Assembly (NCBI GenBank): GCA_029247315.1
Contig: JAQWLM010000121.1
Coordinates: 8,620-72,619 of the forward strand
From: Verrucomicrobiota bacterium
Lineage (GTDB): Bacteria; Verrucomicrobiota; Verrucomicrobiia; Limisphaerales; AAA164-E04
Direction of reading: 5' to 3'
DNA: 64,000 nucleotides
The notes under the pieces were generated by a model that worked only from the letters and a program-made list of their open reading frames with translations, was not told where the DNA came from and did no database searches. This document shows positions 1 to 9,549 of this stretch, piece after piece (within the stretch, counting starts at the first letter, position 1; each line of letters begins with the position of its first letter). Made by a program: the position numbers and the translations under genes.

Positions 1-1578
1 AAAAGGCGACAACTCATTCTGGAAGCTTCCCAGGTCGCTGATCCCGTTGAGGCAAACCACACCTCTGAACGGGTTCGAAGCTTGAAATGCAGCGGAAAGA
101 GCGGCGAAAGCACCGTATCCGGTGGCGAGACAGAATACGTTGGCGGGATCACATTGTTTTTCCTTGAGGGCCCATTGGACAGCAAGCACAAGGTCCTGAT
201 TCCATTGTTCAGCCCAGTAAGGGTGCATGAGTCCAGCATCCCTGCTGGGTGAAGCTGATACGCGCGGGTGGAACAGGGTCATGACAGAGAATCCCTGGAG
301 AGAAAAGTATTGCGCCCATTCATCAAGCGCAAAGCCAGGAAAATCAGCAGGTCCATCCATGACACGCACAAGAAGTGGCTTGGGTTGTAATGGATCAGAC
401 AATGCTGGGACAAATTGCAGGCTAATCGGTTGATCACCGGCTCCCTTGATCTCTTGACTTGAGCTTGGACGAAAAGCCTGTCTTCGAAGTTGAGGACGTT
501 CCATTCCGAGGAGGGTTACCTTCTGATTCAGGGCGGCAGTGTAGAGCTGGTAATAGGTTGGAAGTTGGGCATCTTGGTAGCCAACGATCCAGTGTTTTCG
601 CTGAAGACTGCGATTGGGAAAAAACAGGTCTCCCTTGTCAAAACGCAGGAAGTTAAGGATCGAATCGTATGCACCATGCAGCATGTGCCAGGCCCGTTGA
701 GGTCCGTAGTTAGCAATGCCTTCGGGGACGCCCTGGAGAGGATCCAGAAGCACGTCACGAACATTTTGTTTGTCCACTCCCTGGATTTTCCTTGATTCAC
801 CCGTGGCTGTCATCCATTCCCAAAGAACGACCGCCCCCCCTTCTTCGGCGGCCAGATACCAGAGCGTCATACCATCGGGAGAAAAACCGAGTAACTCGGG
901 AAGTATCTGTTCTTTAGGAAAAGAGCGTTCAAGGGACCAAGCCTCACTACCAGGATCTTTGAGCAAAAGTTCAAGCTCCCCTTCCCGGGACATGCTGAGA
1001 GCTGCCCTGATGTTAAAATCGGCGTCGACCTGCCACTGGATCACATTCCCGGGATTTTTGGTATCAAGTCGTAATGCTCCGCTCTGAAGATCAATTCGAT
1101 AAACATCGTGGCGTCTTCTGTCATCCAGGTTCATGGAGACAAGCACCTGGTCCGGTGCCAACGGGCTCAGCCCCACCAGGTGAGCCTGAATTCCCCGGAA
1201 AGGGGTCAGGTCTCTGGTGTTGAAACCCCTGAGATCCACCTGCATCAGGTGCCCATTCTCATCGCCGTTCTGATCCTGAAAATACAGCAGATGTTCATTG
1301 TCATACTGCCATTGGAAGTCGACAACGCTTTCTGTTTCCCGTGTCAAGGCACGGTTATTTCTTCCTCCGTCACCCCGCAACCAGATGTTTATTGCCCCCT
1401 CACTGGGAGCAAGGAATGCAATTCGGCTGCCATCAGGAGAGACACGATAGGAGGTACTACGCTTGTCCTGAACGAGTCTTTTGAGAATTGCCGTATCCGC
1501 TCCAATCACCCGGGTGCAAAGGATGGTAAGAAAGATAAAACAGGCATACACCTGCCACTGGAAGAAGTGCTTTTTCAT
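1..1578 (-). CDS. S9-type (prolyl oligopeptidase / dipeptidyl-peptidase-like) alpha/beta hydrolase with N-terminal beta-propeller; C-terminus cut by the window edge
   Basis: Missing from the ORF track because it runs off the left edge. My manual minus-strand translation from ATG at 1578 is stop-free for 526 codons down to base 1. It gives MKKHFFQWQVYACFIFLTILC (signal-like), propeller-type strands (VSPDGSRIAFL, LGFSPDGMTLWYL), then hydrolase-like LLVRVMDGPADFPG ... NVFCLATGYGAFAALSAAF. Family assigned from motif layout only. Confidence 0.6.
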   Translation of the reverse strand, partial: MKKHFFQWQVYACFIFLTILCTRVIGADTAILKRLVQDKRSTSYRVSPDGSRIAFLAPSEGAINIWLRGDGGRNNRALTRETESVVDFQWQYDNEHLLYFQDQNGDENGHLMQVDLRGFNTRDLTPFRGIQAHLVGLSPLAPDQVLVSMNLDDRRRHDVYRIDLQSGALRLDTKNPGNVIQWQVDADFNIRAALSMSREGELELLLKDPGSEAWSLERSFPKEQILPELLGFSPDGMTLWYLAAEEGGAVVLWEWMTATGESRKIQGVDKQNVRDVLLDPLQGVPEGIANYGPQRAWHMLHGAYDSILNFLRFDKGDLFFPNRSLQRKHWIVGYQDAQLPTYYQLYTAALNQKVTLLGMERPQLRRQAFRPSSSQEIKGAGDQPISLQFVPALSDPLQPKPLLVRVMDGPADFPGFALDEWAQYFSLQGFSVMTLFHPRVSASPSRDAGLMHPYWAEQWNQDLVLAVQWALKEKQCDPANVFCLATGYGAFAALSAAFQASNPFRGVVCLNGISDLGSFQNELSPF

Positions 1579-1677
1579 TTGCGAAGGAAAAGGATTATCC
1601 AATTATGGATTTAATCCAACCAAGAAATGATGTTCAACAAAACAATCTTTCATGTCATGCGGGTTTTCATTCCCTGC

Positions 1678-1710
1678 AAAAAAAAATGGCCCGCTCCGAA
1701 GAGCGGGCCA
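1678..1710 (-). terminator. Rho-independent terminator downstream of the 1148-aa gene
   Basis: Perfect 10-bp GC-rich inverted repeat tggcccgctc (1687-1696) / gagcgggcca (1701-1710) with a 4-nt loop. On the minus strand it is followed by nine U (A-run 1678-1686). It lies about 35 nt past the stop at 1745. Confidence 0.8.
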
Positions 1711-1744
1711 CGTGATTATTTGAGTCTCAACTCAGAGAAACATC

Positions 1745-4700
1745 TTATTCCGCGATGTAGAACTCAGCGCCCTTGTCAGGTGCAACCGAGTGAGGGGAAC
1801 TCGCACCACCAACGGCGGTGTAAGGTCCGGTCACGCTACCAGCGGCTTTCAATGTGCCCGTGTATTCGATGACAACTTTGCCACCTTGCAGGGAGACATT
1901 GGAGATGGCTCCACCGCCACCGCCACCGCCACCGTTATCCACAGGTTCTGTGAAGCCACCACCAATCAACACCTCGATGGCATTGATCGGAGCACGCACA
2001 CTGGTCGGTTGACCTTGCAGAACGAAGCTGCTTCCTTTGACGTTCTTGAAGACAATGAAGTCGCCTTCTGCACCCTCCACATAGGTCCCGTCAAACGCGG
2101 CGGTGTCAATGTGGTCAAGTGTTTCGCCGCCGAAGCTGATTGGGCCGCCATTTGCGAGCCCTGCAACCTCATCCTCAGTAAGGACACGTCCCCAGATGCC
2201 AACGTCATCAATGTCACCCTGCCAGGTACGATTGCCTGTATCAGGATTATTTCCGATGAAGATGTTTTTACTATTTTCACCAAGAGATGGTGCATTTGCA
2301 TTTTCGGTATATATCTCTCCGTCAACGTAGAGTCTGGTTCCGAACTCTGCTGCGGAGGCGTCAGAAATAGCAACCATGTGATGCCATTCGCCTTGAGAGA
2401 CGTCGGGACCCGCAGGGCCTTCACCTGTTCCGCCTGCATGCGCAAAGCCGGCTTCGCCACCGCGACGATGGACGCGCCAGCGATTGCCTTCACCCTTGGC
2501 AACCAAGGCCTGCCAGCCCTTGTCAAATCCACCGATCTTGAACCAAGCGGAGACAGACATGCTGCCACCCTCAAAGGACAGGTCAGCATTGTCACCGCCG
2601 GTAATCTCGACAAACTGGTCGATACCATTCAGGGCAAGTGCCTTACCGAATCCATCACTAGGTCCGTCAGTGAATCCAATGGGCTCACCTTCTTCACTGC
2701 GCTCTTCACCGTGATACAGGCCAAGGGCATCATCGAAGTTTTGCTCATCAAAGTTCCAGAGAGCTGTCAAGCCATCGGAGATACCAGGCTTGACGGTGTA
2801 TGCACCACCACGCCCATTCACACCACCCTTGGTGTAGACAATCACGTCATAGGAGGCATCGCTCGGGAGGCCACTGACAGTCACCGAGTTAGGATCATCG
2901 GCGTTGGTATCCAGATACCCTGTCATCAGAGCAAGATCATTGCCTTCCGCGTTGTTGTTCTCCTCACCACGACCCTGACTGGACCATGTGTTTTGAGAAC
3001 TCCAGGTCACAGAGATTTCGGTGTGTGATCGCACTCCATCCACGTCTGCCGAGAGGAAATTCTCGGTACCATTCAAGGTTTCAACGTTATTCCAGACAGA
3101 AGTTCCAAGCACACCAGCCGCGCCAGTGACAACGGAACCGGCCCCGTTGGGCTCATCAGAGGCGAAGTTGATGCCAATGACGTTTCCAGCTACCAGTGGT
3201 GTTGGAGGCACATACTCACCCACAGTAAGGGTGGCTGTCTCGGAAGTTACGGACAGACCCAGAGTGCTGATTTCAACGCTGTAATCACCTGCGTCTGCAT
3301 CGGTGATGTCCTTGAGAACCAGTGTACTACGAGTTGCTCCAGCAACGGGAGCGCCATCCTTGGACCACTGGTACAGAACCGCATCCGTGTAAGGTGATCC
3401 TGCATCAGCAACGACCTCAAGGGTCAGCTTGGCACCCGAAGGTGCTGTACCGCTCTGGGGCTGAGTGGTGATATTGACATAGGCTCCGGTCGGATCGCCC
3501 ATGCCACCACTGATCACGGAACCCGTAATGGGATCGAGATCCGCTGCAGCCGTGTCGTCACCTTCTTTGCGCCAGGCAACCTGGAACCAGTCACCACCGC
3601 CGCCTTCTTTCACCAGCATGGCAAAACCATAACCTTTACCGGCCGTCAGGGAAATAGGATCCAATGTGGTCTCATCGCCCGTTCCTGGCTCCTGAAACGC
3701 TCCGCAGCATCCAAGTTCAAATGCAACCGGAAAGTCCTGGGTAGGATCTGGAGCGTCTGCGCCACTTTCATTGAGGAAGAATTCGGAACCGTCATCACTA
3801 CGAACAAAGAAGTGATAATCACCGGATTCCTGAGGTGTCAAGACACCCGTGACCATGGCACCGTAGTTGTCACCGATACCGCCTGGAAAGTCGAGACCGT
3901 TGATGTAAACCGTTCGGCTTGGATTGTCAGGGAAGTTAGGGTCATCGAAAACCATGTTTTCCACAGCCGTTCCACCGTTGTCATCATAGACAAGCAACTT
4001 GAGGAACTTCTCCACTTCAACCTCACCAATGGTTTTGGCCGTCACAGCGTTGGATGCTGACGTGGACAAATCACCATTGAGATTCATCGTGTAAATCTTG
4101 TAGGTATAGCTGCTATTGGCACTGACAGCCAAGTCGGTATAGTCCGTTGTGGTGGACTGCCCGGCAAGCAAAGCGCCATCTTTTTCGATCTTGTAGGCAA
4201 CCTTGTCCCCGGTGGGAGCAGCTGTCCAAGACAACTTGACGAATCCGGCGCCTGCCTGAACCACTTCAAGACCGCTTGGGGCTGGAGCCACGCCACCCGC
4301 TGTTGCAGTGGTGGTCGAAAGCTTCAGGTTGTCAAAATGGGTGTGCTCATTGGCACCACCCGTGCGCCCAGCGAGAACCAAGCGACTCTTGGTCGGGAAG
4401 TAATCGGTCTGGAACGCATCGATGATTGTGTTTCCTTTGAATGCCACCGTGAGCTGCGCATCATCGTTGACTTCCACGGAAAATGGTTGCCAGCAAAGTT
4501 CAGCCCATGATTCAGGAGCGCGTGGTTCGCCACCGTCATCCCAGTATGCCTGGTTGCGGGGTCCTGTCTGCAGGCTCGTGGCATCATCGCAATCGCCATG
4601 ACGGGTCTCAAGGGCCACACGCTCAACACTGACGTTGTCCACGCGAACGATGATACCTTCAATGTCACCGCCGTCAGGAAGTGTATTACCCTGCCAGGTA

Positions 4701-5191
4701 TCAAAACTGATGGCCACACCGGTGGTGGTTCCACCTTCAGCAATACCGCCAGCGAAGTTACCCTGCCCACCGATGGTGCCATTGGTGTTCAGATCTTCAA
4801 TCACAGGATCGGTGCCGTTGTCGCGTGCTAGACTGACACTGAAGCCATCCGCAGCACGTGGTCCGGTACTGTTACCAATACGAACATCACCTTCCAGCTT
4901 GAAGCCCGAGACGATCTTGTCGTCAGCATCAATGCTGGGGAAGGCAACAAAGCCAGTTTGGCCTCCCTCAGGATAGGTTACAGCGAGAAATCCGCCAGGG
5001 TTACCCCCAGATTCCACCCAAATTTCGTCATTGTTACCTGACAAAATGATACCGTCATCGGCAGGATCGCTAGAAAAGTCCCAAGAGACCTCTCCAGCAT
5101 GAGAATACGCACCAAAGCCGACAAGGCCGGCAGTGAGGAGCGCATATCCTGCAATCTTACTTTTGAATTGCATGTCGTATGTTTTCTTCAT
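1745..5191 (-). CDS. Large secreted multidomain adhesin/lectin-like protein (L-type-lectin-like N-domain, FN3, PA14, Ig I-set, LamG/Laminin_G_3, Gly8 linker, short C-terminal beta module)
   Basis: 1148-aa ORF with signal-like N-terminus MKKTYDMQFKSKIAGYALLTAGLVGFGAYSHA. FN3-like PSGLEVVQAGAGFVKLSWTAAP..YKIEKDG..YTYKIYTMN. PA14-like GDNYGAMVTGVLTPQESGDYHFFVRSDDGSEFFLN..GGGGDWFQVAWRKEG. Ig-like LYQWSKDGAPVAG..DAGDYSVEIS. LamG-like LNGIDQFVEITGG..MSVSAWFKIGG..WQALVAKGE..LYVDGE..IFIGNN..FQGDIDDVGIWGRVLTEDEV. Confidence 0.85.
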   Translation of the reverse strand: MKKTYDMQFKSKIAGYALLTAGLVGFGAYSHAGEVSWDFSSDPADDGIILSGNNDEIWVESGGNPGGFLAVTYPEGGQTGFVAFPSIDADDKIVSGFKLEGDVRIGNSTGPRAADGFSVSLARDNGTDPVIEDLNTNGTIGGQGNFAGGIAEGGTTTGVAISFDTWQGNTLPDGGDIEGIIVRVDNVSVERVALETRHGDCDDATSLQTGPRNQAYWDDGGEPRAPESWAELCWQPFSVEVNDDAQLTVAFKGNTIIDAFQTDYFPTKSRLVLAGRTGGANEHTHFDNLKLSTTTATAGGVAPAPSGLEVVQAGAGFVKLSWTAAPTGDKVAYKIEKDGALLAGQSTTTDYTDLAVSANSSYTYKIYTMNLNGDLSTSASNAVTAKTIGEVEVEKFLKLLVYDDNGGTAVENMVFDDPNFPDNPSRTVYINGLDFPGGIGDNYGAMVTGVLTPQESGDYHFFVRSDDGSEFFLNESGADAPDPTQDFPVAFELGCCGAFQEPGTGDETTLDPISLTAGKGYGFAMLVKEGGGGDWFQVAWRKEGDDTAAADLDPITGSVISGGMGDPTGAYVNITTQPQSGTAPSGAKLTLEVVADAGSPYTDAVLYQWSKDGAPVAGATRSTLVLKDITDADAGDYSVEISTLGLSVTSETATLTVGEYVPPTPLVAGNVIGINFASDEPNGAGSVVTGAAGVLGTSVWNNVETLNGTENFLSADVDGVRSHTEISVTWSSQNTWSSQGRGEENNNAEGNDLALMTGYLDTNADDPNSVTVSGLPSDASYDVIVYTKGGVNGRGGAYTVKPGISDGLTALWNFDEQNFDDALGLYHGEERSEEGEPIGFTDGPSDGFGKALALNGIDQFVEITGGDNADLSFEGGSMSVSAWFKIGGFDKGWQALVAKGEGNRWRVHRRGGEAGFAHAGGTGEGPAGPDVSQGEWHHMVAISDASAAEFGTRLYVDGEIYTENANAPSLGENSKNIFIGNNPDTGNRTWQGDIDDVGIWGRVLTEDEVAGLANGGPISFGGETLDHIDTAAFDGTYVEGAEGDFIVFKNVKGSSFVLQGQPTSVRAPINAIEVLIGGGFTEPVDNGGGGGGGGAISNVSLQGGKVVIEYTGTLKAAGSVTGPYTAVGGASSPHSVAPDKGAEFYIAE
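1911..1934 (-). repeat. Perfect 4x hexanucleotide repeat (ccaccg)4 encoding the Gly8 run of the 1148-aa protein
   Basis: Read directly: ccaccgccaccgccaccgccaccg at 1911-1934. The minus strand reads (GGY)8, giving GGGGGGGG in ...PVDNGGGGGGGGAISNV... Confidence 0.9.
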
Positions 5192-5396
5192 GATTGCATC
5201 TGTTGCGATTTATTACAGCTCAATGGTTTTGGCACAACTTCATACTTTCCCAGGCACTTCGAACGTCTCAAGAAACAGTCCGCAGTAATTCTTGAAAAAC
5301 CATTTAATGGCCCAATATCCAATAGAGATGGGTCATTTGATAAGCACCTTTGCAATTTTTAGCAAGGAAATAATAATCCGCTGCATTCCTGCAATG

Positions 5397-7568
5397 CTAC
5401 TCGAGAAATGTTGCCACCTTGGAGATGGCTTGCTTGGCCTCGGCATGGTTCGGATCCAGACGCAGCACCTCCTCGAGGTGGTGCTGGATTCGAGGCCAAT
5501 CCTTCGAAGGCAGCAGAAAACGGGCAAGATTGAGATGAATGGGCAAGTGGTTCAGGGATACCGAAAGGGCTTTCTCGAGAACTCCGATGGCCTCTTCTGC
5601 CTTTCCAGTGAAATGGAGTGCGATGGCCAGATTCGCGTGGGCGGTCATGGATTTGGGATCCAATGCCAAGGCCTCTCGAAAAGCATTGATGGATGGTTCG
5701 TATTTCTGCTGTCGGCCAAGGCAAAGCCCTAACTCGACATGAAGGGCCGGAAAAAACGGCCTTTGATCAATGGCCGCACTCAGATAGGTCTCTCCTTCTG
5801 CGGTCCTCCCCGGTGCATTGGAAAGGAGGATGCCCAGTTCGTACCTTGCCAGGAAATGATGCGGCATCTGATCCAGAATTTCCTTCCACTGGGTTTCCGC
5901 GGTAGCATGGTCGCCATAAGCCTTCAGGAACTTGGCATACTGGTCCTTGAGCATCCAGTTATCTGCATCCTGGGTAATCGCATCTCGGTACATCTGCTGC
6001 AAGCCTTGCAGCGCATCGACATCCGCGGGAACTTTCAGCAGGCCAATCTCCTCCTGCATGGCTGCATTCATCTGTTCCCTGTTGGATTGCTTCGAGAAGG
6101 GATACTGATTCAGTCTTGAGAACATGGTCAAGGCCATGCGACGCTGCCCCCATCGAGTGAGGCCAAGACGGGATGCACAGGCTTCTGCGTCAAGCCAAGC
6201 ATCCCCTTGTTCTCCGTTCCGTGTGCGACCCTGAACACCAAGAACATGGGCGATGTTATCCGCATAAAGCCTTGCTAATAGGTAAGTTGAAGAAAACCTT
6301 AAGTGAACATGATCCCAAAAGAAATTATTTCCAGGGATCCCGTTTTTTGACTGACGCTCAAAGGCCTTGATGGCGTCCACAAAGTAAATACCCTCCTTTT
6401 CGCGCCCGTGAACGGTGGCGTAGATCTTCTGGTTGATGCCTTGGTCCGCTCTGAACCGAAGCAAATCCAACTCACGGGCCATGGTCAAATGTGTTTTTGC
6501 CTCTGCTGCCTGCCCCAGCAAGCTCATCGCGGAACCGAGATTGAACTGAAGATCCGCATGAGCTCCCCCTATCTCTTCAGCCCGTTGCAGGCTGGTGTAG
6601 GCTTCGCTGGTCAAACCGGCCCGGAGCAGATCACGGCCTTCACGGTATGCCAGTTCCCATGCCTTCTCCTGGTCGGAGGATAAAGTTGCGTCCAAGCTCG
6701 AGGCAAAGGGAGCCGAGTCCCTTATATTCGAAGGGAGGTTACTGACAAACACCGGAACCCCATGGTTACTGGCCAGGCGGACCATCTCGCCAAGCTGCTC
6801 GCCAAAATGGTCGTAAACCCCCTGAAGCCGTGGGTCGCCCATGGCCACATGGTGCCCCTTGAACATACTCAAGCCTTCCCAAGCATTGCTCCCAGCCCCC
6901 GTGAAATTTGAAACATAAAACGCATCCATCCATTGCCCCATGCGCATTTTCTTGACGCCCAGTCCCAGTTTCCGAATGAGGCTGTTCGGGGAGGTCCCAC
7001 CCAGCGCGGTTCCTGGTCCAAAAGGCCCGGTGACCTCATTGTTTCCCATGTAGACGACCAGAAAATCTGGTTTTTTTTCCAAGCATTCTTTCGCGATGGG
7101 CAGAATGAGGTGGGAGTTGATCGCAGTCAGGGACAGGTTGAAGACCTCAAAATCAAGGTGGGAAAATCGCTGCCTCAACAGAACCCTCAGGGTTTGGCTC
7201 AGACCAAACGCAGGTTCAGGGTCGCCCATGGCAGCGGATTCACCCAAGACAAAGATACGGACAGTATCCTCAGCTTTATCATCTGGAATCAGGAGAGGCC
7301 TTGGCGAACGGGCTGCCCGCTTTGGCATGAATCGGTAAAGAAAACCTGGGTTTTCAATCCAGGCCACTCTGCCATTTACAGTGGATCGCATCAGAAAATG
7401 AGGATCATAGCCGTAGCCAAGGATCCGAAGCATGCCTTCCACCGCTCCGAAAAAAACCAGCACGGCGAGCAGCATGGAAGCCAACCTGAACAACCATATC
7501 TTGGCACGACCCGGCCGATGCACCGAAATATGAGCGGAGGAAGAGCTATTCTTGGATGGCTTTGGCAT
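5397..7568 (-). CDS. Membrane-anchored SGNH-hydrolase-like domain fused to C-terminal TPR repeats
   Basis: The ORF is open to 7634 (TTG), but I prefer ATG at 7568 (MPKPSKNSS..., followed by TM segment IWLFRLASMLLAVLVFFGAV). The 7634 start sits inside a hairpin/U-tail. SGNH-like blocks: IFVLGESAAMG, VVYMGNNE, WDHVHL. The C-terminal half has TPR-like repeats (AHADLQFNLGSAMSLLGQAAEA, YELGILLSN, LHVELGLCLGRQQKYEPSINAFREALALDP, AHANLAIALHFTGKAEEAI). Confidence 0.7.
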   Translation of the reverse strand: MPKPSKNSSSSAHISVHRPGRAKIWLFRLASMLLAVLVFFGAVEGMLRILGYGYDPHFLMRSTVNGRVAWIENPGFLYRFMPKRAARSPRPLLIPDDKAEDTVRIFVLGESAAMGDPEPAFGLSQTLRVLLRQRFSHLDFEVFNLSLTAINSHLILPIAKECLEKKPDFLVVYMGNNEVTGPFGPGTALGGTSPNSLIRKLGLGVKKMRMGQWMDAFYVSNFTGAGSNAWEGLSMFKGHHVAMGDPRLQGVYDHFGEQLGEMVRLASNHGVPVFVSNLPSNIRDSAPFASSLDATLSSDQEKAWELAYREGRDLLRAGLTSEAYTSLQRAEEIGGAHADLQFNLGSAMSLLGQAAEAKTHLTMARELDLLRFRADQGINQKIYATVHGREKEGIYFVDAIKAFERQSKNGIPGNNFFWDHVHLRFSSTYLLARLYADNIAHVLGVQGRTRNGEQGDAWLDAEACASRLGLTRWGQRRMALTMFSRLNQYPFSKQSNREQMNAAMQEEIGLLKVPADVDALQGLQQMYRDAITQDADNWMLKDQYAKFLKAYGDHATAETQWKEILDQMPHHFLARYELGILLSNAPGRTAEGETYLSAAIDQRPFFPALHVELGLCLGRQQKYEPSINAFREALALDPKSMTAHANLAIALHFTGKAEEAIGVLEKALSVSLNHLPIHLNLARFLLPSKDWPRIQHHLEEVLRLDPNHAEAKQAISKVATFLE

Positions 7569-7630
7569 GCTGACACGCCCCGGAAGGCGGAATGGAGAAA
7601 AGCTAAAACACGTATCAAGACAAATAAAGT

Positions 7631-7652
7631 CCAAAAAGTGTGAAAATCACAC
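7631..7652 (-). terminator. Weak candidate terminator after the 7772-9450 gene pair
   Basis: gtgtga(7638-7643)-aaa-tcacac(7647-7652). On the minus strand this 6-bp stem is followed by UUUUUGG (7631-7637). Short stem and 3-nt loop, so low confidence. Confidence 0.3.
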
Positions 7653-7771
7653 GTGTGGAACAAACTCGATCAGGATATGGAAGATCTCCCAAGGGAAAGG
7701 GAAATCATCAGAAAAACGATGCTGATTCGGCCAATCCAGGTATGTCCAAGCTCGTCATTTCAGCCTAGCGT

Positions 7772-8620
7772 TTACAAGCCCAAGACAGCGTCATTCTTTA
7801 ACTCAACACCTTGAGGCAAGGTTACATGCAGAATTTCACCTGCTCGATTTACGGTAAGCGAGAGGTCTTTCATGAGCGCTCCTTGTGCCTCCACCCGGTA
7901 GACGCGCATGCGGGAGTGGGCAATGGAAATCCAATTTGAAAAGGCCTTCCAGTCCTCTCCAGTATCACTGGAAAGCTGGACCTGCTTTTGAAGCGAACTC
8001 CATTGGGAAAGGAAGGGGGCAAGCAAGGCTCCCATGAGGGGATTAAGAGCAGACCATTGGGTAATCAAGCTACCAGGATCCTTCAACTGCGAGAGCGTTA
8101 GGTTCATATCAACCTCATTACCAGATTCTTCCAACTTAAAACGAACTTCCTCTTCCTCTCGCTTGGTCTGGATGTGGAACCATTGATCCCCCCAACCGAT
8201 TTTTCCATCGAACTCAGTCCATTCCCGATCACCCGAGAGATCAAGGTCCAGCATAAAACGAATACGTCTGGGCTGATCCTTCCAGTCGAGATGACCATCC
8301 AGGTGCAGCGAAAAGGCCTTGATCTCCCTTATGAGACCCGACATTTCAGCCGCTTCAAGATCCACTTCACTGCCGGGACTCACCTCCTCCGGGGTATCAT
8401 TGACGCCCAGCTGCGTCACCACCCACCTGCAATTACCCACGCGCTGGTTCTGGTAAAGGATCTCCAACTCAGATGGATCGGGTGTTTCGAGGATCCTGGA
8501 AAGGACCGTTTCAACGGGAAGGGGGTTACCCGAGACACCAGTCCCATACTCGGATCTCCAAAGCAGCAGATTCATCCCCAGCCAAAAGACACCGGCGAGA
8601 ATGAACCATGGAGATTTCAT
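7772..8620 (-). CDS. Hypothetical membrane-anchored/secreted protein
   Basis: 282-aa ORF with N-terminal hydrophobic segment MKSPWFILAGVFWLGMNLLLW. Its start overlaps the upstream gene's stop by 4 nt (8617-8620). I recognised no family motif. Confidence 0.6.
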   Translation of the reverse strand: MKSPWFILAGVFWLGMNLLLWRSEYGTGVSGNPLPVETVLSRILETPDPSELEILYQNQRVGNCRWVVTQLGVNDTPEEVSPGSEVDLEAAEMSGLIREIKAFSLHLDGHLDWKDQPRRIRFMLDLDLSGDREWTEFDGKIGWGDQWFHIQTKREEEEVRFKLEESGNEVDMNLTLSQLKDPGSLITQWSALNPLMGALLAPFLSQWSSLQKQVQLSSDTGEDWKAFSNWISIAHSRMRVYRVEAQGALMKDLSLTVNRAGEILHVTLPQGVELKNDAVLGL

Positions 8621-9450
8621 CTGGAAGCGGTGGCAGTCGGGTAGGGCACGTTGATGACCTGCCCAATGGATAGTTTTCTGGAGTTGACACCCGGGTTGGC
8701 CGCTTCAATGACCTTCAGACCCACACCGTAGTGCCGCGACAGCGCATAAAAATTATCATTGGAACGGACCACGTGCTTACGTACCCTGCGACTCGATGGG
8801 GATGCTGTTTCGTTGACAAGGCGGCCTGCATTACGGTGCGACCCTGCGGATGCCTCCAAGCGGCCGCCAGAAGGTTCAGGTGAGGCTGAAGGCGGATCTG
8901 GCTGAGAGGAATCATCAACAGGTATACGAGATTTAATCAATGCATCCCTCTGTACAGAAAGAACTTCACGCATTTGAGAAAGCTGCCCCTCCAGGGTTTT
9001 CACCTTACTTGTAAGGCTATCCTTGAGTTGAACCAGTTTTTTCATTCTGGTCTCTGTATTCTGGTTGAGTGGGCCTAGATTGGCCGAGGAGGCAAAGTCC
9101 ATTTCACATCGCTTGACATGGTCCCTGATCTGGCCAGCCATCATGTGGTCAGGTCGTAAATCGAGCATTTTTTTGAAATGATAGATCGCTGAAACGTAGT
9201 TTTGAAGATGCTCGTAATAAATCAGGCCAAGCTCCAGATGAGCAGCGGCGTTCTTGGGATTCACTTCCAAGGCACGCTCAAAACCATCGACGGCCTCCTG
9301 AAAGTCACCCGCAAACAATTTTTCCTTGGCATCCAGATAATAAGCCTCCCGCTCCTCATCCAAACGAGCACCAGACATGGGCTTACACCCCGTGCACGCC
9401 GCCGAGATGGCGAGCACGCACGCAACTAACCAGCAGCAGGGGCGTTTCAT
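8617..9450 (-). CDS. TPR + LysM domain lipoprotein (putative peptidoglycan-binding)
   Basis: Lipobox-like N-terminus MKRPCCWLVACVLAISAAC. TPR segments (AYYLDAKEKLFAGDFQEAVDGFERALEVNPKNAAAHLELGLIYYE). Coiled-coil stretch. C-terminal LysM-like HVVRSNDNFYALSRHYGVGLKVIEAANPGVNSRKLSIGQVINVP. Confidence 0.75.
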   Translation of the reverse strand: MKRPCCWLVACVLAISAACTGCKPMSGARLDEEREAYYLDAKEKLFAGDFQEAVDGFERALEVNPKNAAAHLELGLIYYEHLQNYVSAIYHFKKMLDLRPDHMMAGQIRDHVKRCEMDFASSANLGPLNQNTETRMKKLVQLKDSLTSKVKTLEGQLSQMREVLSVQRDALIKSRIPVDDSSQPDPPSASPEPSGGRLEASAGSHRNAGRLVNETASPSSRRVRKHVVRSNDNFYALSRHYGVGLKVIEAANPGVNSRKLSIGQVINVPYPTATASR

Positions 9451-9549
9451 CCTTTTAGTTTACTCAGATTCGCAAGGAACGCAAACCCCGCGCAGGACAA
9501 TTCAGCCTGAAATGAAGCCACAACCCTGATTTCATGAGGCTGGAAGCCG

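Noticed and set aside
1790-3028. 412-aa plus-strand ORF
   Set aside because: It is entirely antisense to the 1148-aa gene, whose translation has clear LamG/PA14/FN3 motifs. The antisense translation is low-complexity with no motifs and is typical of a shadow ORF.
6933-7643. 236-aa plus-strand ORF
   Set aside because: It is antisense to the SGNH-TPR gene. Its composition (Arg/Gly/Trp-rich) looks like a shadow frame.
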